Positions 12,601 to 23,294 of a DNA stretch of 64,000 bases are shown here, one piece after another. Under the pieces are notes generated by a model, which worked only from the letters and a program-made list of their open reading frames with translations, was not told where the DNA came from and did no database searches. Origin of the DNA: Dimorphilus gyrociliatus (lineage: Eukaryota; Animalia; Annelida). The position numbers and the translations under genes were made by a program. The stretch lies in assembly GCA_904063045.1 (NCBI GenBank), contig CAJFCJ010000007.1:4223404-4287403 (forward strand). Direction: 5' to 3'. Every line of letters begins with the position of its first letter. Position 1 is the stretch's first letter.

Positions 12601-13656
12601 ACTCTATTTCTTTATGAACTGATCGCATATGTGTACTCATTTCGGTCAATGAAGAAACACTTTCACTGCAATGTCTACATTGTCCAAGAAAGGCCCTTTT
12701 GGGAACTTGACGCATTTTGTCTGAATGTAATTGTATCTTGATTGGTACTGTCGTTAAAAAATTGAAATTCTTACTTTTTCGATAATCTTCGTCTTGGAAG
12801 TCGCTTGAAAAAAGTTTCACGTGTTCTTTTACGATATCCTTATTCATTTTCAAATTGGAAATCATATAGGACAGCTCTGTAGGTATTTCAGGTGACTGAG
12901 CTGCTTCGATATTTTCGTTGATGTAATCTATCGTTGCCATTTCTCCACTTTTTAGCATATGTCTCAATTTTTTCTCAGTGACATACTCGGGAACTTCTTC
13001 TATCTCGCGACGTTTAATGCCACGAGTACTTGGCGAATCTTCTGAAATCTTTGGTGTTACAATCTTTATCCACACTTCTTCATTTCCGTCTACTTCAAAA
13101 ACAAAAATATTTTTACTTGGACATTACATTTAATCAAATCACCTGTAGTCATTTGAGCTTCTGCTTCCTCGGCTGCCTTAAGAACATTACTAGAGGCTTC
13201 ATCAAGACCGTAGCCTTCTTCACATATCTCACCAACTTCAACAACCTCTTTCGAGCTATGACTTCCTATAAAGTCAAATATAAGAACAACACAGTATCAA
13301 TAATATAAATACTACCTGGTTCTTGTTTTGTAGCTGCTGTTTGTTGAAACTTTAAAAGTTGGCTGGCTGACTTCACCGACTTTGCTTTTCCTAAATTTAA
13401 AATCGTATGTTTTTTTGAATCAAATGCTATATTTTGCAAGAAAACGCGTAAGCACGTAAAAAACTGGGTAGTGACTGAAAACGGGCCTCCCCATTAATAT
13501 TAAAAAAATAACAAATTCGATGATTTTTTGTCGTAATGATTAGGAAATGTTAGATTTAGTCTTTTCCATATGAAAATTTATCAATAAAGTGCCTTAATTA
13601 GTTAAAATTTTACAGTTAAACTAAAATCGGAATATTTTACCTGGTGTCGACGCCAT
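9685..13656 (-). CDS. multi-exon C2H2 zinc-finger protein (~15 fingers in two clusters separated by an acidic linker)
   Basis: Start ATGGCGTCGACACCAG|gt at 13656-13641; phase-consistent GT-AG exons join the track ORFs; 4 N-terminal fingers (e.g. CPECGKGFNFKQKLQQHMKYH) and ~11 C-terminal fingers; stop at 9685. Confidence 0.8.
10765..10786. repeat. (AT)11 microsatellite in a ZNF intron
   Basis: Directly visible ATATAT run. Confidence 0.9.
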
Positions 13657-14154
13657 CTTTTTTCTGTTCATAAGGTCAAGGTCAACAGTCAAAAATTCTT
13701 TATGTTTGGCGGGAAATTTCGAATTTCTCTTTTTTCTAAGTTGAACAGCTGTTTAACAATAAATATTATACCATAAATAGCTAAAAGGCATATATATATT
13801 TTTACCTTCTCATCCTCATGCGAGACTATTGACTTTTCAGTTTTGTCGTTTTTTATTCTAAAAACTACTATCAAGCTAGAAAACAAAACATTTATTCAAC
13901 ATTAATTATAGCAACCATTTTGTCAAAATATCTTGTGAGACAAAAATTAAATATTCAACAAATTTACAGAGTAATTTATTTTAAATATGATGTTTAACAA
14001 TATAATTAACCCTAAACCGCACCAAATCAATGGGATCTTGAAGCAATGCTAATAGTAAGAATAAAGAAATTATAAAAGCACCCATCACATAATAAGGGAT
14101 ATACTAATTATTACATTTATCTTTCTGGTCTTTCTGCCAGCGGAATATGCTTAA

Positions 14155-14681
14155 TTAATTCTTTCCGGCTGATCTGTGACTTTTTACAAACTCCGTATAA
14201 TCGACGAAACCGTCCGCATTTCTATCATCTGAAGTAAGGACTTGATCAACCATTTCCGTAAGTTGTGCTTCAGAAATTGGTGGTGAACGATCTTCAGATT
14301 CTATTGAAAGCATTAGCCCTTGAAACAATAAGAAACAGAGATCTTTGATTTGTTTTTACCTCTAGTATAATGTGTCATTGCACTCATAATTTCAAGTCCA
14401 TCTAATTTATTGTTTTGATCATAGTCATGCAATTTAAAATAATGAAATTGAACTTCTTCGGACGACATATCTTCTAATTTCTTGCCAGCAACACGCTCTA
14501 AGTCTTCATTAATATGACTAAAAATGTTTTTTATGTATATCTTGATTGCCTAACAAAAAAATTAGAATATATACCCTCGATCCTTCAATTGTTCGTCAAA
14601 TTGGTTGCTGTTCATATTTACATCACTGCATAAAGCCGGCGCCAAAAACAGCAAAGACGAAATTAGGAGCCAGATGGACAT
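14155..14681 (-). CDS. MCFD2: MCFD2-like secreted EF-hand cargo receptor subunit, 3 exons (absent from the ORF track)
   Basis: Signal peptide MSIWLLISSLLFLAPALC; DRG|HINEDLE; QFHYFKLHDYDQNNKLDGLE (EF1); DDRNADGFVDYTEF (EF2); first intron 14518-14574, second donor at 14359. Confidence 0.88.
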
Positions 14682-15116
14682 TGGGACAGAATGTGAGCAA
14701 ATACGACACTATATAAATTTGTTCAAATGAAGTTTTGATACAGTAATAATCAATGATAAATAAATCTTCTTCCAATTACCTTAATATCAATAGTAAATTG
14801 TTCAAAATGAAAGTTTTCTGACTTTTTTGATATCACAACGTGTACAATTGTTCACCAGTTTTCAATGGCAAAAATGTATATCTCGGGAAAGGTATAATTT
14901 ATTTCGACATCCTTAATAACTGAACAGACCACCAGAATACAAAGAATCATTGCATGCTTTGTACCTTGGATATCATAACATCATTTTTGTTATTTGAGGA
15001 AATTGGTTGGTAAATTTATATTTATGCAAAGGTATTTTACTGTATAATGTCGTTTATCGCTCAATTGTTTGACCTAGGTCTACGTGGATGAACAAAATAA
15101 ACAGTATCAAGATAAG

Positions 15117-16712
15117 ATGAGTGTTGCTTTAGAAAAGGTTGGATCAAATGATCTATTTGTCTCTTTTCGTCGTCTAATGACACCTTCTAGATGGATAATA
15201 TTAGGAGGAACTCTAGGAGCCGGTTTGGTTGCTGTATTTGCAGTAGTTCTAAGACGAAAAAGACGTCGAAAGCCGTTTCCTAAGAATTCTGATGGAAGAA
15301 GAAATTACGTCGATCCAAGTGTGTGTACGAATTCAACTGTCCGAAGAAGATACACCGGAACATCCACTCCATCGTCTGCATATACTAGAACCCCAGTACC
15401 GCCTTCTCTTAATTCATCTCGTAGTCACACGCCAGCTCCAACTAGTTTTGGACAAGATCTTGAAGATTCAACGTTAACAGGATCTATTGTACAACAACAT
15501 TCCCCACAAATTATCGGGCCTGAGAAACTTTGTTCTCTAGGACTTGACTCACTTGCCCAAGCTATAAAACATTGGGAAGATGCTCTGGAGCTATTGGAAA
15601 TGGATGATGCTGATTCAATAGTTAAAAGCTTAAGCGAAATGGATATCATGCCTTTACAAGATCAACTACACAGTTTACTCAGCAGAACCTACAGAATTCG
15701 GGAACAATATGAAACTAACATATATAACAAGATACACTTTAGTGCTGCCGTTTCATCTGTAGTCCAAAGCTTAGAAAAAGCCGAAGAAGCAGCTATGAGA
15801 AGTGAAAGCGAATGCTCTGATACAGAATCATTTGTATCTGCTGTAGATATTGCAGATTTGTCTGACTTGGAAGAAGAAAAAGCAAGTAGTAGTGTGCTTT
15901 CTCAAGACCTGTATAGAATAGCCTTGAATGAATTGGATAATGGGAATATTCCCTGTAGAACGCTCAGAACAAAAACATTTGGCTGCAAATCGGATACTGA
16001 ATTCTTGGCAAAAATGTATTGCGTTCGCCTTGCTTTCAATGAAATATTCAAGTCAAAAGAAATCAAAGACTATTTCACAAAATATGGAAAACTAGTTATT
16101 GGCGAAATGATGATTAAATCAGAGAGAGATCCAGAAGATTTTTATAATGAATTCGATTCAATGGTTGAATGGGTCTCAGATGAATCAAACTGGAAAAGTA
16201 TGAGGGAGGAGTTAAAAGCAAGAGCCGTAGCTGACTTTAATTTTTTCGATATCGTATTAGACTTTATCGTATTTGATGCTTTCGACGATTTGGAAAATCC
16301 TCCATCTGCCATTACGACCATTATGAACAATCGTTGGCTGACCAATTCATTTAAAGAGTCCGCTTTAGCTACGGCTTGCTGGTCGGTTTCAAAGGCAAAG
16401 AGAAGTCGATTGCAATCTTCTACTGGTTTCTTAGCTCATTTTTACACAGTAACGGAATGCTGCAGTCCAATGTTTGCCTGGGCCTTTCTAGGGCCCCAGT
16501 CACCGGTGAAAGACTTATGTACATTCTTTAAGGATCAAGTAATATCCTTTATGCAACGCGTATTCAGCTTCCAACACGTCCGATTTACTACTGTTAACGA
16601 ATTAGCTACTGACATACTAAAGCAAGGTCAAATAGTAACAACGAATCTATTAGAAAATCTTAATATACCTACCGATGAGGCAGTTGTTGAATTGAAATTA
16701 AATAACTGCTAG
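15117..16712 (+). CDS. MIGA: mitoguardin (MIGA/FAM73), intronless CDS
   Basis: N-terminal TM plus basic RRKRRRK; FFAT-like SFVSAVD; FFDIVLDFIVFDAFDDLENPPSAI...NRWL conserved block; short 5' UTR intron ends at 15077. Confidence 0.9.
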   Translation: MSVALEKVGSNDLFVSFRRLMTPSRWIILGGTLGAGLVAVFAVVLRRKRRRKPFPKNSDGRRNYVDPSVCTNSTVRRRYTGTSTPSSAYTRTPVPPSLNSSRSHTPAPTSFGQDLEDSTLTGSIVQQHSPQIIGPEKLCSLGLDSLAQAIKHWEDALELLEMDDADSIVKSLSEMDIMPLQDQLHSLLSRTYRIREQYETNIYNKIHFSAAVSSVVQSLEKAEEAAMRSESECSDTESFVSAVDIADLSDLEEEKASSSVLSQDLYRIALNELDNGNIPCRTLRTKTFGCKSDTEFLAKMYCVRLAFNEIFKSKEIKDYFTKYGKLVIGEMMIKSERDPEDFYNEFDSMVEWVSDESNWKSMREELKARAVADFNFFDIVLDFIVFDAFDDLENPPSAITTIMNNRWLTNSFKESALATACWSVSKAKRSRLQSSTGFLAHFYTVTECCSPMFAWAFLGPQSPVKDLCTFFKDQVISFMQRVFSFQHVRFTTVNELATDILKQGQIVTTNLLENLNIPTDEAVVELKLNNC

Positions 16713-17086
16713 AAAGACTGGTTTACTCTAAGCCTAATACACAAATCCAACATCAATAAAAAATTGTTATCAATATTCTGACGTCCAGAAAATGCCACAT
16801 CTGCATTTAATTAGTATATATTTCAATTCCATCATCAATACATGATCTATTAGTAAATTATGTTTTAATGTTACGCTGATATAGGGTTTTATACACTTTG
16901 AATTTAGCGCGTTCGTAGCTTCAACTAATGAGCTTCTAGATTTTCTATATTAACTGGTTTAAAATATTTTGCCATGACGTTTTTTTCATTTATTGTCGAC
17001 CAGCAAGTGATTAATCATGACATTATTGTTTTGCTAACTTAAATAACTAAAGCAATAATATTTGTTACTAAAACAGTGGATTAAAT

Positions 17087-19368
17087 ATGATGGGAAAATC
17101 AACAATATTCATATTTTTAGTTACAATTGCGTACTCTATATTAATAACTAATTGTAATAAAGATATTAAAAATTCCAAATTTAATCCCTTGGTAAAGAAG
17201 AATAAACTGTTTGATAAAATATTTGAAAGACAAAAGCGAGATGGATCTGTTGTACTTGAGAATGCAACAACTCAAGACGTTTCATATAAGTTAGTATTTT
17301 ATATGGTTTATAAGCCATCTGTTTCCGTCTATATCTAATAATATATTGTTTTTACTTTCTCTAGCAATACCAGTACACTAACGCCTGAGATTACAACTGA
17401 AGAAAATAAAGGATTGCCACGGGAGCCCAAAAAAGAAGCGGAAAAGGAACATCAATACAGTTTTTCCATATTTTTTATTCTTCTTGTGATAGCCGGTAGT
17501 ATTCTTCTAGTTCATTTGCTCATTCAAACAAAATTCCACTACCTGCCTGAGAGTGTTGCTGTTGTTTTACTTGGTAAGTTGTCACAAAATGTTTTTCCAT
17601 TTCAAATTATATGTGTAATTAAAATGTAATTTTTAAAAATATAGGTGCCCTTCTCGGCCTCATATTGCAGCTTTTGGCTAAATATAAGCTGGGCAATTGG
17701 CAAACTGAAGAGCATTTTCCTCCAACTATGTTTTTCTTGATTCTATTACCACCAATTATTTTTGAGTCTGGTTACAACCTGCATAAAGTATTATTCATAT
17801 TCTTAATAAATAGCAAACGTTTTCAATTTTACCAAATTACAGGGGAATTTCTTTCAAAATATTGGAACAATATTACTCTTTGCCATATTTGGCACTGTAA
17901 TATCAGCTGTTATTGTTGGAGGTGGCATATATCTTTTGGGTAGAGCTCAGGTAGCTTACAAACTAGAATTAGAAGAAAGTTTTGCTTTTGGATCTCTAAT
18001 ATCTGCCGTTGATCCAGTGGCTACTTTGGCTATCTTTCAAGCTATCGATGTTGATCCAGTTTTGTATATGTTGGTATTTGGTGAAAGTATTCTAAATGAT
18101 GCAGTCGCCATCGTTCTTACAAATACGGTGCTCGGTTTATCGGAATTTAAAGAAATGAGTCCAGCTGCTACATTCTTCACGGCTGTAGGACACTTTTGCA
18201 TGATGTTTTTCGCGTCTGCCGCAATAGGCATAGCTTTTGGATTAATATCTGCTATGTTGCTAAAATTTATCGACTTGAGAAAGACACCTTCATTAGAATT
18301 TGGTATGATGCTTGTCTTCTCTTATGCTCCATATGGTCTCGCTGAAGGAATACATTTATCAGGCATAATGGCAATTCTATTTTGTGGTGTTGTAATGGCT
18401 CATTACACGCATTTTAACCTTTCTCCAGTCACTCAAATAACTGTACAACAAACTTTTAGAACAATCGCTTTCATAGCAGAGACTTGTGTGTTTGCTTATC
18501 TTGGGTTGGCCATATTTAGCTTTAAACACACTGTACAACCAGCCCTAGTCATTTGGAGTATAGTTAGTATATTCAACATTTCCTATTTGTTTATCATTAG
18601 TGATATATTGTTGTTTTAAAGGCCCTAATCTTACTTGGAAGAGCATTCAATATATTCCCGCTTTCCTTTTTGGCGAATTACTTCAGAGAGCATAAAATAA
18701 CAAAAAAGATGCAGTTTATTATGTGGTTTAGTGGTTTACGAGGAGCCATTGCCTTTGCTCTATCCTTACATATGGATATTGGAAACGAAGAGAAACGTCA
18801 AGTTCTTGTAACCACCACACTTATAATTATCCTATTTACTGTACTTATTCTAGGTGGGTCTACTATGCCCATTATGAAGGTAATGTTTCATTTATTAGCA
18901 GAAAAAGTGTTAGATGAATAGATTGCTCATAATTTATATATAAAAACCATAGTGTCTAAATGCTGAAAAGAGAAGGAGAGTCAGAAAAGGAAAAGAAGTT
19001 ACTTTATCTAAAACTAAAGAGATGGGAGAAACTATTGACTCTGAGCATTTATCAGAAATAACGGAATCAGAGGATGTAGAAGTTCATATCACTCAACAAT
19101 CGACCCTTACTGGCTTTATGAAATTAGATAAAAAATACCTCCGCCCGTTTTTTACTAGGCGTTTAACCCAACAAGTCAGTTTATTTTATTCTAAAATATC
19201 ATATTAAACTAATAATCTTTGTTTTACAATTTTTTTATTTTATAAATGTAGGAGGTTAGAGATGGGAGAACTCAAATGAATAATTTGACAAATCAGTGGT
19301 ATCAGGAAGTTCGTAATGTACCTTCGGAATCCGAAGATGAACAAGAGGAATTTGTTCAAACAAGATAA
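17087..19368 (+). CDS. SLC9A8: Na+/H+ exchanger NHE8
   Basis: FFLILLPPIIFESGYNLHK|GNFF, FGSLISAVDPVAT, VFGESILNDAVAIVL, WFSGLRGAIAFAL, KYLRPFFTRRLTQQ|EVRDGR; multi-exon GT-AG model, TAA 19366-19368. Confidence 0.92.
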
Positions 19369-19524
19369 ATCTTTAATCATGTTGATATTGTTAAATGTTG
19401 TCGTATAATCAAATGATCTTGATAATTTTTCTTGTCCACCAAGAAATATAAATGTAATAAATAATTATATTAATAGTCAAAATAGTAATTGTTACTTTTC
19501 ATAATAATTGTTGCTGTCTTGTCA

Positions 19525-19737
19525 CTATTTTTCTTCTTTTTCAAGGTCATTTTCTTGAAGAAAACTTTCAATAATATTTTCAATTGCTCTGTCTTGTAAA
19601 ATTTTCTTTTTCCTCCTTTCATGAATAACAATAGCAACTATTAAACTAATGATAACAACCACTAATATTATTATTAGTGGAGCAATTGCAATTTCAGAAA
19701 TTTCTGACTTCTCTAGCATTATTGAATCGTTTTTCAT
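19525..19737 (-). CDS. putative 70-aa single-pass membrane protein
   Basis: IAIAPLIIILVVVIISLIVAIVI followed by positive-inside HERRKKK; no homology recognised. Confidence 0.4.
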   Translation of the reverse strand: MKNDSIMLEKSEISEIAIAPLIIILVVVIISLIVAIVIHERRKKKILQDRAIENIIESFLQENDLEKEEK

Positions 19738-19956
19738 TTCCCTCTCAATGTTTTCTAGACGATAATCATGCAGTTCTTGCTTGGTTGTTTAGTCTTAAAG
19801 GTCTATTTAGACATTGTAAAAGATGTATTTAATGTGTATGAATATATATATATATATAAATGATGTATTATTTTTTTTGAATACAAAATGACATATTGAA
19901 AAAATCAAAGTATTCCTTTAGAGTTATTTTTTCATTAACAAGAAGAGAATTAACAA

Positions 19957-20449
19957 CTACTTCATTGTATCTTTTCTTATAGTCCTTATCTTTTTGATCT
20001 CTCTGTATATTACCCATTGCCGAACTGTTTCAAATATATTCGTTTAGGTATTGTATATTAATTTACAAGTTCTTAAAACTTACTTGTTGGATCTAGGCGG
20101 TATAATTCTAATTTATCACTTAATTTCGGCCGGAGTGCTGCAAATTTATGACCGGTTCCAGCTAAACTCTCCAAGAGTACCAAAACAAATCTAATAAAGA
20201 GGAATAAATGTATCGAGTTTTTCTATTCAATATTTCTATATGCAATTTGGATTATTAAAGAAATATTAAGCAAAATAGTAAAATAAATATAATTTTTAAG
20301 AGGATTTTGAAGGGTAACATTATTCGAAATCAGTAAATGGTTATTTTTAAGAAATGTAATTGTTAATAGACATCGAAAACAGAAAAAAGTTATTGCTATG
20401 TATTTTATTTCGAAATATGAAATATAACCTACTTTCCACTAGCACTCAT
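19957..20449 (-). CDS. MRPL33: mitochondrial ribosomal protein bL33m, 3 exons, 63 aa (absent from the ORF track)
   Basis: Exons 20449-20433, 20190-20084 and 20024-19957 give MSASGKFVLVLLESLAGTGHKFAALRPKLSDKLELYRLDPTIRQWVIYREIKKIRTIRKDTMK, matching the metazoan mRpL33 pattern; exon 1 is the least certain. Confidence 0.82.
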
Positions 20450-20829
20450 ATTATCTTAAAAAAATAACTTTATTCTATTTAGTAGCCACTGTGGAGGTCA
20501 AGGACACTAAATCTTTTGCACGTGAATAATCTATTTCCGTTTCCTGGTTGCCACATTATTTTAATAAAATTAAATGGAAAAGTTTGTCAGCAAATATATT
20601 AATTATATAGAATAAAATTTGTCTAAATATTCCCCATAACCATAATAATTAGAAATATAAAATAGATTTAAGTGGAAAACTTGAGAGTTTTATTTGAAGT
20701 AATTGTGTTTTTTTTGTTAAAACATTCGCAAAAATATATATAACATTAAAAATTCAATTTACTTAAATTTCGTGTTTGGTTTATTTTGTGATGTAATTGC
20801 TTTAACTTGTCAATTATTGAGAGATACTC

Positions 20830-22894
20830 TTATTTGTTCGACAGTTTTATATCTGACAAATAAACTTCTTCGCTATTTCCATATTCAAGAAACTTGACCA
20901 CGCAGGTATTTTCTCCAACAGCCTCAATTTTTGCATTGTAAAACTATGTTTAGACAAAAAGAAGAAATTATTTAGTGGCACAAAATAAAAAGTTGATAAA
21001 GTTTAATATTATTAAAGTTTTTTTTACCTGGTTGTCTTCCCAATACTTTGCTAAGCAATTTTCGCCAATACTGGGTATTCCTTGACGAGGATTCCTTCGT
21101 CCTCTCTTTCCGTTTTGATCGTTTCTTCTCCTACCTGGATTCCGGGATCCAGGATTAAATGGATCAGCATCCCAATGGCCGAAATCTTGGTCATTAGCTG
21201 GTGTTTGTTTTTGAACAGGAGGAGCATGTTCTTTCATGTTATGTAAATTTGGAAAAGAGGCGTTGTAGTTTGAATCACTTGCTGCGGCATTAAATCCTCC
21301 ACTTCTTGGAGTGAAATGAGCTGTTTTTACGAAATTCTTCTTTTGTCTACCATATCTACCACCCCCTTTGTCTTGATTTCTCTCATAACGTTCAGATGGC
21401 TCATATGATTTATATTGTTGACTATCGTTCGAGACACTCTTAGGCTTTTTATCATCTGGAAGGAAATCGAATAAAGTAGCAGCTGCATTTTTTGGTCTTG
21501 AGTAATGATGCATGGTTTCGTCGTCTTCCCTCTTTTCTCTTCGACTACGTCCAGTAAATTTTCTCTCGTTCTTTTCATGTTGTTGAAGCGCAGTCTTTTT
21601 CTTTACGTTTAGCGAGACTTTATCTAATGAAGCACCAACTTTTTCGACACTAGCTGGATCGACCTAAGAAAATAGGGTTTATATTATAAGTTTATAAACA
21701 TATAAATAAAAACCTTTTTTCCCGAAAATTTCTTTTTTGACTCCTGAGCAGCCACATCAGCAATATGAGCTTTTCTAGCTGCTTGAAATTCAGCATCTTC
21801 TTGAACAGGTGTGCTGGTTTGATTTGTTGCTTCAAGAGAACGAAAATTACTGTTGTGTTTTGGAGATGGTCGTTGTTGAAAATTCTTTCGTAATCTCTGC
21901 GAAAAAGGCACAAATTGGGGTGCACCATGGGAAGAAAAATGTCTAGATTGGGAGGCTAGTGCCTTTTTTAAACGCCAATTGTCAGCTAAAGTTTCCACTT
22001 CTCCTCCCAATAATTGACAGTTGCGATCATTTAGTAAAAGTATAGCAGATCGCACGGTAATAGGTCCCTTCAAAAGCATCTTCATTCCAGGAATTGTTCC
22101 AAGGCTACATTAAAAACAAGTATAATTTATCATTTAAAAGGGCTGGTTAAGTATTTTTCAACCTTAGATTTTTTATTGGTGTCAAACAAATCGCTTGAAC
22201 AGTTGTATGGCCGTCACTGAGTGATATTCTAAAGAGGGGTGGTGCAACACCAGATTCTTCGTTATCCTTCGGAGATGATATATTCCGTATTTTGGCAATT
22301 TGAAGTACAGATTTTCCTTCAAACTGTCAACATTATGTTTCTTATTATTATTTCTTACATGCTAAATAATTATTACATAATAATATATACAATTAAAATA
22401 TAACTGATTATAATTGTCGTAGACTTCAAAGTTAATTAAATAACCTACTTTTTCTTGTTTACCACGTGTCCAGTCATCTTGAAATTGTTTTTCCCCAGAA
22501 TGCTTCAGATCGTACTAGACAGTTGAAAGTTGTAAAATAAATTAGAACACGCTTTTGGAGCTAAATTGAAACCTTACATTCAGAGCTTTCTTAATCACAC
22601 TTGAAACATGTTCTCCTCCACATAATTCTGTAACCCATCCTTCTTTCAAGTGCCTATTACAGATAATCGGATAAAAATAAAGTAATTAAGAATATTAATT
22701 AAGAAAGTACATTACTTCTAGTGAAACGAATATAAAGAACTTGTTGAAAATTTCGCACAATTGATTTCAACTACTTTTTATCTTTTAAAAGCTTATTAAA
22801 GTCTTTATTTTTCACCTACTCTGTACTTTTTAAAATAAAGCCATAGCATTTCTACTCACCAGCCGGCATCACGCAGTTTTTGGTGGACAGACAT
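20830..22894 (-). CDS. TDRD3: Tudor domain-containing protein 3 (OB-fold plus C-terminal Tudor)
   Basis: MSVHQKLRDAGW|H; FEGKSVLQIAKIRNISSPKDNEES; LLLNDRNCQLLGGEVETL; ATLFDFL; CLAKYWEDNQ|FYNAKIEAV...VKFLEYGNSEEV. Confidence 0.9.
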
Positions 22895-23294
22895 TGCATC
22901 CGTAGACGCAGATGCGAATAAATTTGAGGACGTCTAACATATGAATAGATCTGGACAATCTATAAGATATTGGTGAAACTTGACGCAAGTAGTTTAAAAG
23001 GTTAATCATTTGACTAAGTCAAATTAATGGATACTAGATCCTTTCCTTCAATAAACTCTTTGATTTATATATTTTTTTGTTAATCTTATTAAGAGTCTTT
23101 GTTTGTTAAAAATTTATCCTTTATATGTAAAAGCTTAAATGAATGAATGAATTTTGTTTGTAAAAGAAGTTTCTTAGTCAAATGAACAAATAATATAGAC
23201 TTTTTAAGTAAAAAAAAATTGTCAATCAAAATTTAGCCATACCACTTTGGCTGAAATAATTCGGCTTGAGTGATAATGAGTGCATGAGCAGAAG

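Noticed and set aside
17788-17842. SLC9A8 intron starting GTATTATT as a possible U12 intron
   Set aside because: The donor lacks the TCCTT core and there is no TCCTTAAC near the acceptor; at most a converted relic
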